Shown here: positions 1 through 13,529 of the stretch, in pieces | How the letters are laid out: every line of letters starts with the position of its first letter | Numbering within the stretch: position 1 is the stretch's first letter | Assembly (NCBI RefSeq): GCF_000150275.1 | Contig: NW_002060943.1 | Span: forward strand, 13,009,639 to 13,073,638 | Reading direction: 5' to 3' | DNA from: Trichoplax adhaerens | Lineage: Eukaryota > Animalia > Placozoa | Length of the DNA stretch: 64,000 nucleotides | Program-made: the position numbers and the translations under genes | Notes under the pieces: generated by a model | What the model was told of the DNA's origin: nothing | Database searches by the model: none | The model's input: only the letters and a program-made list of their open reading frames with translations

Positions 1-3000
1 TATTGCTTAGCTTTTTATGTCAAAATACGCTTGATAAATGTAGTATCATGATGAAAAGGCATGTTTTCATCTTGGTCAGAGAGATGGATAGGGGCAGAGC
101 CAATGTTTATCATGTCTATGTACCCTACACCAAGGTTATTAGCCAAAACTCAAGTTCATTTAGGAAATAAACTTGATATAGTTATAATTGCATAGCATGA
201 ATACGGTAGGATTTGGGGGTATGGTAGTCGATTTGAATACACCATCGTTGATTTGTTTATCTTTGCTTACATAAAAAATAACCAGCGGAACTCAAAGTTA
301 ATTTAAAAAATAATTCACTCTATATGAGAAATACGAGCAATGTATGGAGAGAAATCCATGTCTCTTTTTGGGTAGTGTTTTTCTTGTCGATGGTTGATTT
401 GAAGAGATTAGAACCGACTAATTTAACCTTACTGGCACACATTTATTAGTGGGAACTCAAATCTGATTTTAGAAATGATCAACTTCATTCATAGTCCATT
501 GCAGGATAGACAAATATATAGCTTATGGATTGAACTTTTTTTATGGTAGCCATTTTAATACGCTCTCCTTCACGCATTTATCCTTGTTGACACCCCCCCC
601 CCAGGAAAAATTAAAAAAACACTTAGAAGAAATGTGCATTTTAGAGATCATTGAAATAACTCTACCAATACCCTTTTGGTAGGACATGCATCGGACTTTC
701 GGCTTTGGTCTTCCAAGGATAGATGTCAATGTCTATTCAATATTATGAATCGTATTTTGCCATGCCATCATAGCTTTCAAAACACGAAGGTTATGGCTAA
801 CACAAAATAACTAATCAGCAGAAACGACACTCTAATTTGGATATTGATCAGTGCCCTCTATTTTGTAGGATAGATAAACGTGTCTATTTGTAGCCGTTAG
901 CAGAGTAAACTATACATTATAATTCAAAGAATTGGAGTAATTGAAGGACATTTAGGCGGCCATAAGTATTCTCTAAAGATAGTATTATGTCATCGTAGCT
1001 TGTCCTATACTAGAACTCGCGCTATCATTCTTGCTAACAGATATACCCCCCCCCCCAAAAAAATAATAATCTGCGTAAAACTAGAGTTGGCTTTAAACCT
1101 TGATTATAATTATTATTCTATTTGTAGGATAGACATATATGTAAATCAAAAACATCCATCAAGGTAAGTTAGCGATTGCTAATTGATACACACTAATGAG
1201 AAATAGTGACCACCAATCGTACCTTTCATGTGGCAGCAGCTTTTAACGCACTAAAACTCACGTTCTCATCAGTGCATGCATAAAAAATGATCAACTCAAA
1301 TCAAAGTGAAATTTTACAAAAGGAAAACTGCGTAAATACCCCATTTGGAGGACACGCCTCAGGGATAGAATTTATCATACTAATCCATTTCAGTATACTC
1401 TAACTCATGCTCTCATTTTTGTTGACCGGCGAAATAATCAAGGGAAATTCAAAATTTCTATTCCAAATCAACTTTAGTAGTAGTGACAATATGGAGGAAA
1501 TGCTTGCAGGATAGACGTAAGTAGAAAAGTATGAAAGGGGGCTTTATTTTCGTCATTGGATAGGATGAATGATAGACCCTTTGACTAAAATGGCAGGTTA
1601 AACTAAATCAGCATTAAATTATGCATGGTATGGCAAGACTCGACTTGATCAAATTGGCAGTAAAAACAGCACATGAAGAGAAATTATTCTACTTCACGAG
1701 TACATGGCTGCTTTTCACTGTATAGTAATTCAGCTTTTATACCAATACTATCGGATTCAATCACAACCTAATGATGCCGTTACAAGAGCAAAACAACTTA
1801 CCGTTATCCCTAACGAATAGCTGGCAATGGAAAAGGCTGTCAGCCTTGAATATCAATGTTGGCTGAAATAGTCGAAATGAGCACAGGCCAACTTTTTTTT
1901 CAGTGCAATAAGCAGATGATCAATGGCCGCTTAACTACCTTCTATGATCTTTTATTATAAGTTGTATGTCGGAATAATATGCAACTCTTCATGGTGTTTT
2001 CTTTACTTGATTACGCTTCCTTTTCTTATCCCTGTCCTTACTCGCTATTAAATCAATATCGCCGTTGTTATGCAAATAATTTATTCAATAGCTTGATTTA
2101 CAGGACAATTCTGATCCATGTTCGCCTTTTATCGTACAATATTTAAATCAAGTCTCTCGAATACAGTAGAATTCGGCAGAAATGTAAACTAGATACAATA
2201 ATAACTTGCATTGATGATTATTTCTGTATCGATTAGAAGGCAAAATACCGCTATTGATGTAGTAGCACTAACCAACAGTATGCCGACTTTAATTTGTAGT
2301 CCTTTCAATCGCTTAGAAAGTGTTGTTGGACAGTAGACTGCAATAAGAAAAATATATTGATCAGGGTTGAAGGAATTTCCTGTCTTTATTGAATGGATGT
2401 TTTAGTTTGTTTTTCCTTGTTTTCCTTTTCTGCTGTGTCGATATTGTCTAATCTCTGGGTATTGATTGATCTTACCTTTCCTGTATTCTTTACATCGCCC
2501 AGAAGCAAGACGACTTTCTTTTTGCTATCTCGAAAGGATAATATTAGATCGATTTGATGTATTATTTAATCACGGTATAGCATAAATCAATCAATCCCTT
2601 CATTCCTTATTAGGATTACATCTATCCTGTCTAGGCTATAACAGATTGTTGTTTGTTGTTGCCTCTTTTCATCCTTGCTAAGATTGAATTCCTTCAAATA
2701 ACAATGTTTACGCTTGTTGCATGGAGATCTCGATTTCTTTGGTACTCTACTTCAGGATCGTTTAACTACTGTTCAAAATAGGAGCATAAGCTAAAATTAA
2801 ATGCGTTATAGGTATTGATTCCTACTACTGAAAAGATAATTTCTATCTAGCACTACCTCAATAGGAGTATAGGATTGAACTATCATAAGAACTAGATTGT
2901 CCGTCCTCTTACAATTTCCAAATTAGCGATTACAATTTTATGCAAGGCTAATAACTGCATTTTGATGATTTGAATAAACAATTATGTAATACGTAAATCA

Positions 3001-3639
3001 TTGCAAACTAGAGAATAGGAACATACATTATTAAGGGTTATAGTTTTATGATAGATCAAGTTTTAACTATTCCTTTAATAGCGCAGTTGGGATAAATTGC
3101 GATAGCAACAAAGGTCCATGACAGTAATTGAACCTTGGCCATGATGCCAAACCAAAGCCGAATAAGCTCAAATCGAGCTTGTTATCGGTATCGTTGTTGA
3201 TGCCTGTTGTAGAACTGAATATATAATTTCTCTCTAGCACACTATGAATAGGATTGGAGTATAAAAAAGTTCAAATCATGTACTCCTATATAATTTCCAA
3301 GGTAGTGATTTGTAATAGAGAATGCGGGAATAGCAAGGTTACTTTCGAGTAGTAAAGCTAGTGTGCATCGCTAGCTAAATACTCCATATTGATGATTTCA
3401 ATCAATCATTGCAACCTAGAGAATAGAGGAGCATTTAATATTAGAATGATACGCTAATTATTTATCTGATTTGGCTATCCAACGAGTATCAATTACTATG
3501 ATAATGAGATAGTTGTATTCATTTCGGCACTCAATGAAGCTGAAATGCCATCATAAAATAATGAAGGAAATGAATCATTTACTAATTATAATATATTAAA
3601 TATGGAGATTCGAACGCTTTATCGTTTATCTTCAGAATT

Positions 3640-6600
3640 ACAGTTTGACTAATGATAATGATCGTACAATGCAAATATTGTGTAAGAAATTCGATAATAA
3701 GCAAGTACATGAAGAATTCAATTACAATCTTTAAAATTTCCTTTCCATTGATTTCAACCTTCGTCATTGATGTATCCAGTAGCCCTATAGTAATTGTACG
3801 ATGTCAATATTGTGGAAGAAGTTGGACAATAAGCGAGTACGTCGAGAATTTAGTTATAATGTTAAAAGATTCCTTGATATCGATTTCAACATTTGCAATG
3901 ATTAGCATAATTAGTGTATCCAGTCGTTAAAAATTCCTATTAATTTCAACGTTAGCAATCAATAGATCCGACAACTATCATCGAATATGATTATGGTGGA
4001 GGAAGTTTGACAATATGCGAGTACGTCAAGAATTCAATTGCGGTTTTAAAACTTTGCTTTTTATTGATTTCAACGTTCGTACTCGTAACTAATGTATCTA
4101 GTAACTATATCGCTGTCACACACCACTAATGACAAAGTAGTCTACACACGCCAATCCTTGCGGAGAACGCCACTTACTAACTTAAAGAGGCGAGATTAGC
4201 TATATCACCAAATAATTCAGTTCCAACGACCGAATACTATGGTATAACTATAGCGTCACAGATGATGTAGACGAGATAGTCAGAGATTTACTATCATTTA
4301 TTACTGAAGGAATCTTGGCACCCAAGATTATAGTCTTTACAATTAAATATCAATTGAAAAACTAGTTGACTATCTAACCGACTAACGAACTAAAAAGGAA
4401 TCTTCATAATTAGGACGAGCTTACGCATCGTAACAATCGCATAATGTAAATATTGTGGAGGAAATTGGACAAGTACGTAGGAATTCAATTGCAGTCTTTA
4501 AAATTTCCTTTCCATTGATTTCAATGTTCGCCATTAAAATTTTGCTTTTATTGAATTCAACGTTCGTACTCGTAACTAATGTATCTAGTCACTATATCGC
4601 ATAGTGTAAATATTATGGAGGAAATTGGACAAAGTACGTAGAAATTTAATTGCAGTCTTTAAAATTTCCTTTCCGTTGATTTCAATGTTCGCCATTAATG
4701 TATCTAGCAGCTTTGTAGTAATTGCACGATGCGAATATTGTGGAAGAAATTGGACAATAAGCGAGTACGTCGAGAATTCAATTGCGGTCTTTAAAATTTG
4801 CTTTTTATTGATTTCAACGTTTCTACTCGTAACTAATGTATCTAGTAACTATATTGCATAATGTAAATATTATAGAGGAAATTGGACAAAGTACGTAGGA
4901 ATTCCATTGCAGTCTCTAAAATTTTCTTTCTATTGATTTTAACGTTCGCCATTAATGTATCTAGCAGCTTTATAGTAATTACACGATGAGAATACTGTGG
5001 AAAAAATTGGACACTAAGTGAGTAGATTAAGAATTTAGTTACCATCTTTAAAATTTGTTTTCTATTGATTTTAACGTTCGTAATTACGTGTATAACTGAT
5101 TTATCTAGCTTTTAAAACTTCCTATTGATTTTAACTTTAGTAATCAGTATATTCGATGACTATGATTGCAAGGGATTATTATGGAAGAAATTGGAAAAAA
5201 GTGAATACGTCGAGAATTCAATTGCTGTCTTTAAAATTTTCTTTTTTATTAATTTCAAAGTTTGTACTTTTAACTAATTTATCCAGTAACTATTTAGTAA
5301 TTGTACGATGTAAATATTGTAGAAGAAATTGGACAATAAGCGAGTACTTAGGAATTCAATTGCAGTCTTTAAAGTTTCCGTTTTATTAATTTCAACGTTG
5401 GTAGTTAATGTACGGAGCAACTATTTAGTAATCGTACGATGTGAATATTGCTCAGGAAATTGCTCAAAGTACGTAGGAATTTAGTTGCAGTCTTTGAAAT
5501 TTTCTTTCTATTGCTTTCAACGTTCGCCATTAATGTGTCTAGCGACTGTATAGTAGCTGCACGATATAAATATTGTGCAGGAAATTGGACAATAAGCGAG
5601 TAGGTCGACAATTTAGTTGTCATCTTCAAAATTTGCTTTCTATTGATTTCAGCGTTTGTAATTACGCGTATAATTGGTGTATCTAGCCTTAAAATATTCC
5701 TATTGATTTCAACGTTAGTAATCAATGTATTTGATGTCTATAATCGCATGTGATTATTGTGGAGGAAATTGTACAATAAGCGAGTACGTCGAAAATTTGA
5801 ATGCGATCTTCAAAATTTGCTTTTTAATGTATCTAGTAACTATATAGCAATCGATCGCACGATGTAAATATTGTGGAGGAAATTGGACAATAAACGAGTA
5901 CGTAGGAATTTAATTCCAGTCTCCAAAAATTTCGATTGATTTCAATATTAGTAATTTATCGGATGACTATGATTGCACGATATGATTATTGTAAAAGAAG
6001 TTTGACAATACGCGTCAGTGAGTACGTTAACAATTCAGATGCAGTTTTCAAAATTTTTTATTATTGATTTCAATGCTAGTCATTAATTAGTTAATTAAAG
6101 GTATCCAATGATTAACTAATGTGTCTGATAACTCCATAGTGATCGCACGATATGAATATCGTGGAGGAGTTTCGATAGTAAGCAAGTAGAGAATTTAATT
6201 GTATCCTTTAAAATTTTCTATTTTAACGTTGTTAACTAATGTACCTAATGACTCCATCGCGATCGCATGATGTGAATATTGTGGAGGAGTTTCGTTAGTA
6301 AGCAAGTAGAGAATTTAATTGCAGTCTTTAAAATTTCTACTTTAACGTTATTAACTAATGTATTTACTGACTCCATAGTGATCACACGATATGAATATTA
6401 TGGAGGAGTTTCGATAGTAAGCAAGTAATGCATTTAATTGCTGTCTTTAAAATTTTCTATTTTAACGTTGTTAACTAACGTATCTAATGACTGTATAGCG
6501 ATCGCACGATGAATATTATAGAGGAGTTTCGATAGTAAGCAAGTAGAGAATTCAATTGCAGCCTTCAAAATTTCTATTTTAACGTTGTTAACTAATGCAT

Positions 6601-8060
6601 CTGATGACTCCATCGCGATTGAACGATATGAATATTATGGAGGAGTTTCGATAGTAAGCAAGTAGAGAATTTAATTGCAGCCCTTAAAAATTTCTATTTT
6701 AACGTTATTAACTGACGTATCTAACCTTATTAACTAATGCATCTGATGGCTGCAATTGCAGATGTGAATATTGTAGAGGAGTTTCGATAGTAAGCAAGTA
6801 GAGAATTTAATTGCAGCCTTTAAAAATTTCTATTTTAACGTTATTAACTGACGTATCTAACCTTATTAACTAATGCATCTGATGGCTGCAATTGCAGATG
6901 TGAATATTGTAGAGGAGTTTCGATATTAAGCAAGTAGAGAATTTAATTGCAGCCTTCAAAATTTCTATTTCAACGTTGGTAACTAATGTATCTGATGACT
7001 CTATAGCGATCGCACGATATGAATATTGTGGAGAAGATTCGATAGCAAGCGAGTACAGCGAGAATTCAGTTACAATTTTCAAAATTTATGATTTTAAAGT
7101 TTGTCACTAACAGGGACATTTTATGATCTTTTTGTTATTATTTTTCGCGTAGGTCCAGGTCTTCTCCATCTAGGGACAATTGGTAACTAATGCATCTGAT
7201 GACTCTATAGCGATCGCACGATATGAATATTGTGGGAAGATTCGATAGTAAGCGAGTACGGCAAGAATTCCGTTGCAATTTTCAAAATTTTTGATTTTAA
7301 AGTTCGTCACTAACAGGGACAACTGGTAACTAATGTATCTGATGACTCTTTAGCGATCGCACGATATGAATATTATGGAGGAGATTCGATAGTAAGCGAG
7401 TATGGCGAGAATTCAATTGCAAACTTGCCGTGCGATCGAAAATTCGATTGATTTCAACATTGTTAGCTAGTACTCACTGTAGAGTTCAATGTACGTATAT
7501 ATTGTTATATATATAGAGAGAGTATAGAGTTCAATACTACGTATAAGTACAGTATAGAATATAGAGTTAAGTATACGTATAATTATACGTATAGCTGTAT
7601 GTGATGGAGGAGATTCGATAGTAAGCGAGTATGGCGAGAATTCAATTGCAAACTTGCCGTGCGATCGAAAATTGGATTGATTTCAACATTGTTAGCGAGT
7701 ATTTACTGTAGAGTTCAATATACGTATATATTGTTATATATATAGAGAGAGAGAGTATAGAGTTCAATCTACGTATAAGTACAGTATAGAATATAGAGTT
7801 AAGTATACGTATAAGTATACTTATACTTATACGCATAGCTGTATGTGATGGAGGAGATTCGATAGTAAGCGAGTATGGCGAGAATTTAATTGCAAACTTG
7901 CCATCCGATCGAAAATTGGATTGATTTCAACATTGTTAGCTAGTACTTACTGTAGATTTCAATAAGCGTATAGAGAGAGAGAGAGAGAAAGTAGAGAGTT
8001 CAATCTATGTATAAGTACAATATAGAGTATAGAGTTAAGTATACGTATACTTATACGTAT
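3640..8060. repeat. Diverged tandem satellite array, roughly 25 units of ~120-135 bp, grading into ~235-bp units with TA/GA microsatellite
   Basis: Recurring core 'atattgtgga(g/a)gaaattggacaataagcgagtacgt..gaattcaattgcagtctttaaaattt' (e.g. near 3807, 4450, 4735, 5314, 5868). A variant 'ggagtttcgatagtaagcaagtagagaatttaattgc' occupies 6150-7000, and longer units occupy 7370-8060. Boundaries are approximate. Confidence 0.9.
4114..4435. mobile_element. Probable solo LTR (322 bp) inserted in the satellite
   Basis: Begins TGTCAC and ends GTAACA (TG...CA, imperfect terminal inverted repeat). Flanked by direct repeat ATCGC at 4109-4113 and 4436-4440. A neighbouring satellite unit shows the empty site 'ctatatcgcatagtgtaaa' near 4592. 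Confidence 0.75.
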
Positions 8061-8172
8061 AGCTGGCCTGTCGCCGATCTCTTCACCTGAGTATTCTCAC
8101 TAAGGCTGATACTGTACCCTATAACGCGCTGACATGGAACAGTACCATAACTGCCTACTGTATCTAAAGCGA

Positions 8173-8184
8173 AGTGACGTCACT
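8173..8184. promoter_or_regulatory. Palindromic CRE-type site upstream of LRR1
   Basis: Perfect 12-bp palindrome AGTGACGTCACT containing TGACGTCA, ~330 bp upstream of the LRR1 ATG. Function is inferred only. Confidence 0.4.
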
Positions 8185-8515
8185 GCTAATTCCTTAGCTA
8201 AATCTAGCTTGCACACACCCTACTAGGGTACAGTACTACTACGCATGCCTGAATGATACATTGTATAGTATTGAAGTAGACTGATTTGGCGGCCAAACTC
8301 AAATGAGCAACCGTTGGAATCGATTGGCAGCAGGTTTTGAGGGCAAGCTTGTGGAAAAAGAGCAAAAATTCACTTTTTAAAATGGAATTGACACTATTTT
8401 CATGATTGAACACTATTGCAAGGCTACCATAGTCATTGTAGATGAAGAATTAGCCCAGGAAATCAGTCCATTTTAGCTGGATTATTGCGTAGACACCGAT
8501 CACTGGCTAGTAAAT

Positions 8516-10770
8516 ATGAAAGTAGTCGCCGATGTCGAAGTGGTCAGTCGTGATGTTGCTCTTCGTGGAATTAGTTATAAGAGTCGTTCAAGTCGATCGG
8601 TATTAACGATAGGCAATAAAACCAAGCCATTATCGATTCATATAAAACAGGATCAATGCAAAGAGAAAGGTGATTTGTTATTACTTGTTTGTACGAGATC
8701 CAATCCATCAGGGAGGCAGTACAAGGTAAGACATCAACAGGATAAATGTTGTAGGGATTCAATGAATTTGGCTTGACAACTCTGCTTGTACATGGATTAT
8801 ATGCTAGTGCCTCTTGCACTGATTGACTTCAATGATTATACTCTACAAGTCTTATCATCGTGGTCAAGCTGTTAAAGCTTCATAACGAGTTGCTGTCTTA
8901 CCATAGATTGATGAGTGTACTGAAGCTAGCAAAGCTATATGCATAGGACTACTTGCTGTCTTTCCGTAGTGCATTATAATTTCTGTTATTTACATGATAG
9001 TATTGAAGATGGTAAAGCGACATCAGTGTTAGAGCTGTAAGGCTGTATACATACAGTAATTAGTTAATGTGGATCGATTTGATTCTTGTCAATATGGAGT
9101 GCTGTCATATGCAAAGTTAGCCCTCAAAATACAACAGATAACTTACAGAGGTAAAAGAAAAAAGTGTTTTCTATTGCCTATGTGAGGTAACTAATCTTTC
9201 AACATGTCTACATCTGCTAGTAACCCTATGATGCTGCTTACAGATTGTGTGATTCATTGACTACATTAACTTTGCGTTCTACTTGCTATGCAATAACGAT
9301 ATATATATATATACACGTATACGAGTGTAAGCTCCTATTTGCTTCTTTCCCTAGCTCAAGGGTAATGTTGAACAATTATTTGGTAAATTCATCCATGATG
9401 GTAAAGGGACTATCCGCTTGAAAAGTCCTCCTGTCGACTTGTGTTTAAGTAAGGTATGACTTTAGAAGGATTAAATGAACACGAGAGTGACCATGACAGA
9501 TATTGATTTGTAATCGTCATTTTCAGAGTATGCATTGATTATAATTAATTAAATCATCGATAGTTTATGCTACATAGCGGTATACGAATTTACAAAGTTG
9601 AAATAGGATTGACAGTCAATGTATTATAACTGAGCAATCTTTATGCCACAACTTTATCCATTTCTAATGCTACCTTACCGTATACTATTCTCTTTGAATT
9701 GATTACAGGCAAATCCGGTGGAATTAAAGAAATTTCTATGTGCTATACGCCTTTGTCACCAAGATCGCGACACGGATAAACTAGAATTAAGCCTTCTAAG
9801 ACCTGCTAAAACTCAAGAATTAGAAAAACCGCAAACTAGCATGGCAATTTTGTCTTCTCAAGAATATCCAGTGAAGCGTCCATTTCCATCGTCTTTAGAG
9901 AAATTAATTATCAATGATTGTGGCCTTAAAAAATTAGAAGACAGGATAATACGTTTAGAATGCTTAAAAGTGTTGGATCTTAGGAATAATTGTTTGAAAT
10001 CCTTGCCGGATGCCTTTGAAGGCTTTCAAAATTTAGCAGAACTTATATTGGCCAATAATTACTTGACCCAAGTTCCAAAAAGCTTGGGATGCGATAAATT
10101 AGCCAAATCATTAAAATTATTAGACCTAACTTGCAATGGATTTACCGTCTTTCCAATGTTAATATGCAATTTGACATCTTTGAGTACTCTAAAAATCGCC
10201 CAAAATCGTATGACTAAATTCCCTAGCGGTATTTCTAAACTTGCCAATTTAAAGCAACTATTGGCCAGTGATAATCAACTTGCTGTGCTACCGCATGGCT
10301 TCACAAAATTATCCCTAAGTCATATTGATTTGTCTGACAATCCGCTATCCATTGAGGTTTTACCGCTTGTTAAAAAATATAATATGCCTGTGCCTAACTT
10401 GTCTGAATTGGCATTGAGGGAAGTATGGAAAAGGTAAGTCACAGTCATTTCTGCATCATTCTCAGATTAAATGCAGTTTATATAGGTGTATTAATTGGAT
10501 CGAATTTTTTGAAATAGTAATTTGACAAAGTTGTTGCCCTGGCAATCATTAAACAGACTGCAGGAAAGGAAAACATGTCAGTGGTGTCATGGATCATGCT
10601 TTCTTGCTAGGATCGATGTTACAACGTCAATGGATTTGCATCTTATCGCACATACTGTAACGGCTGTTGATCAAACAAATCGTATGGTTGTGCCATATTT
10701 AATAAGCTTATGTTCTGAAAGATGTTATCATCGTTGGAGTATTAGAAATTATCGACAGATGAATGTATGA
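8516..10770 (+). CDS. LRR1: Leucine-rich repeat protein 1 (CRL2 substrate receptor), 4 exons
   Basis: Exons 8516-8725, 9355-9453, 9709-10433 and 10518-10770, with GT-AG introns in consistent phase. N-terminus MKVVADVEVVSR and LKGNVEQLFGKFIHDGKGTIRLKSPPVDLCLSK resemble LRR1 (ENIEQFFTKFVDEGKATVRLKEPPVDICLSK). LRRs, a BC-box-like VPNLSELALR and a Cys-rich C-terminus follow. Confidence 0.9.
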
Positions 10771-12515
10771 AATACATCCACAAGTATCTACGAATGCTGA
10801 ACTTTACTAGGCTATTACTGAGGTTGATTCTATTACGCGTATGGTCAACATTCGTATTCGTGTTCATTGATCATCTGCCTATAATAAAGAATCTTTTTGG
10901 TAGATTTCAATGCATTGATTTACAATCACTGTACATATTGTTATATATTTCATTATATAATTCAAGCTATTTATATGATTTCTACATACCGTACGATATT
11001 ACTAGATATAGTCATTCCTGCCTTCGCCACAAAATACTCTTGTGTAGATAAAATAGCATCTTACATGCTTTTTTCATAATACTTTCTGCTCATTTGAACA
11101 AATTCTTATCTGATACTTGCTATGAATGAACTTTTAAATATTGCTTTGATTGTTACCACTCAATGGTAGCTGCTGCTCCCCGCGCATAGTATGTAAAATA
11201 AACGTAAGCTAGCAATGTAAATCATGGGCATCAATTTTGAAAAGAGAGTACCAAAGTTTGTCCCATTTTGAAGGTGTAGATGGAAAATATTTTAAAAATA
11301 TATTTCTATCATGGTTTATACCCAAAGTTGTATATAATTTATTTTTTGTTACAATAAAATAAAACACCATCCTAGTAAAATCTTTACACTGGTTGCCATA
11401 AAATGATTTGAAGTAGAACTATTAATGTTAACATAGGGAATAAAATACAGAACCTAAATTGGTTCATCAAAATCCTAATGATGTTACAACCGTAAAAAGT
11501 GCAGCGGTTACGTTTTTAAAATTGTTTACTAACGAAAGGTATACAGAAGCCATGATCCATCGTAGTAGTTTACAAAATGGAGTACATAAAATATAAACAA
11601 TATAGATACAGTCATTTTATAATTGGATCACTTATAGTATTTGGAAGTATTCCTGTAATTTGGTACTAAAGGCAATAATTAGAGCTCAAGTCGCAAATAA
11701 ATTGAATACAATTTCAGAAACTGACAAATATACTTATACCAATAAATTAAATTAAAGCAACATTGACCTTTTCAAATTCGAATTAAATCATAATTATTGG
11801 ATCAGTTCACAAATCTGTTTTTACTACTATGTAAAGTAATGCATGGATAATCTAAAAATACCGAAATAGAAGCAAATTTCTACCCCTTTTAGCTCAAACA
11901 TTACGGCTTTACTATCTGACGTTATTGGTATAAAATAAAATATCATACGTACTAGAAATTACTACTACATTAGTTACCTTATAAAGATCAATAACTTTAA
12001 ATTGAATGAGAAAGGCCATCTCGCGTATAGTAGGAGTACGATCACCTTTTGCATACTAATATTTACATTTTACTTATTTCATTTCCATAAAGTTACATCG
12101 CTAAATACAGTAGTTTAAATGCTTTACTAAGTTACTGTAATTTATTAATAAAGAATTATATCGAAACTTTTTCCATATCATATTCACAAGGTACATTTTC
12201 GAAGGCTATTGGAATTTATCAAAGCTTTGTATACTTCAACATAGGGTAATGATTTCCATTTTTTAGTTATCTTTCAATTTTCCATATAATTTGCCAAGTG
12301 TTTTCGCACATGTATTTATACACTATATACTGTATATATAACGAGAAAGATAGAGAGCACCACGATATCCAAGGTTATATGTAGAGTGGATATATAATCA
12401 CAGCCAAGGTCAATTTAAAAAAAAAAATACTATGCTGGTATGATCATTCCCCAATCTAACTAAATCATATCCATCATTAAGGTTGAAAAGTCTTTCATTT
12501 CAGAAAAAAAAGTAA

Positions 12516-13043
12516 TTAATATTCCACACCATATTTATCAAAATGGCGTAAAATAATGCCCAACTGTAAACGGATCGTACCCATTGCTTCAGTATGCAAG
12601 TTGCAACGATCAGTACTTGTATAAATAGCACTAGGATCTTTAATTTCCATTCCACCACCAACAAAAACCTGTCGTAATTGATCTTGAAATGTGCCCGTTG
12701 GACGCCAAGTTACGCATTCTACATCATGCGTTCCAGGCGATGTCGGTAAATTACAAAATCCATAACCATAGAGTTCATGTCGGCCGAATCGATCTTGATG
12801 CCAAACTTCAAAATACATTTTCGGCCAACCGTATAAGCTCTTAGTAGCATAATGAACATCGATAGGATGATCCCAAATAGCAAATTCTTCATTTTGTGGA
12901 TTATCTACTTGTGTTTGGCCTTCATGATTTCCTTCTAATAATCGCCAAGCGTTTTCGGTATGGATAGACCATTTACAATATAAATTATTCGATGGAAACC
13001 CAGTAGCACCAATAATTTCACCAATGATGTGAACTTCAGCCAT
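12516..13043 (-). CDS. B9D2: B9 domain-containing protein 2 (ciliary transition zone MKS complex), single coding exon
   Basis: 175-aa [19 protein letters not shown]...EGQTQVD...[16 protein letters not shown]...[10 protein letters not shown] is typical of B9D2. An acceptor-like 'taatctaacag' lies 1 nt before the ATG. Confidence 0.96.
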   Translation of the reverse strand: MAEVHIIGEIIGATGFPSNNLYCKWSIHTENAWRLLEGNHEGQTQVDNPQNEEFAIWDHPIDVHYATKSLYGWPKMYFEVWHQDRFGRHELYGYGFCNLPTSPGTHDVECVTWRPTGTFQDQLRQVFVGGGMEIKDPSAIYTSTDRCNLHTEAMGTIRLQLGIILRHFDKYGVEY

Positions 13044-13204
13044 ACTGTTAGATTAATTTTTGGCCAATTTCCTACTTCTCGTCTATAATTTGATAATTTA
13101 AAGCTGGATAATATCAATAATAAGTAAGGGAATGGAAGGAGATTTAGTATAAGAAAAGCAACCGTGAACTAGCGATTTTAAATACTTTGCTGCTATGCAA
13201 CCGT

Positions 13205-13280
13205 TAAACGCATGCGCAACGAGGTGCATGACGTAAGAGTGCAAAACTCTCCCGATCTCTCCATAATGGCCGCCATGGAA
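13205..13280. promoter_or_regulatory. Candidate promoter motif cluster between divergent B9D2 and TDP1
   Basis: CGCATGCGCA (NRF1-like, 13209-13218), TGACGT half-CRE (~13229) and GCCGCCAT (YY1-like, ~13269) within 75 bp of otherwise AT-rich DNA. Confidence 0.35.
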
Positions 13281-13529
13281 TTGGCATTAGAGATCTTTGA
13301 TACGATCTCGAAGCCACACTAAACATCTACATTAGCTCATTAGCACTGTATCAGTAGCTTTTAGAGTTACTGTTTTTGAAAATATGCTAATTTGCTTGTA
13401 TCATCCTTATTGTTACTTCTGATGATTGAGTTTGCAATGGGTAGCAGCATCGCTACAAGAGCAGTGCAAATGTTGGGGGTTAAGGTTAGGGATTCATGAC
13501 ATCTGTTAATTAAAGCTATTCAGTACTAC

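Noticed and set aside
3582-7836. Short ORFs with repeated CxYC-like motifs (RCQYCGR...) suggesting a zinc-finger repeat protein
   Set aside because: They are translations of satellite units; unit lengths vary with frame-breaking indels and stops, and there are no consistent splice signals.
3640-8060. CRISPR-like appearance of the repeat arrays (also 23270-24160 and 44355-44900)
   Set aside because: Whole units are repeated with no unique spacers, no cas genes are present, and the context is eukaryotic.
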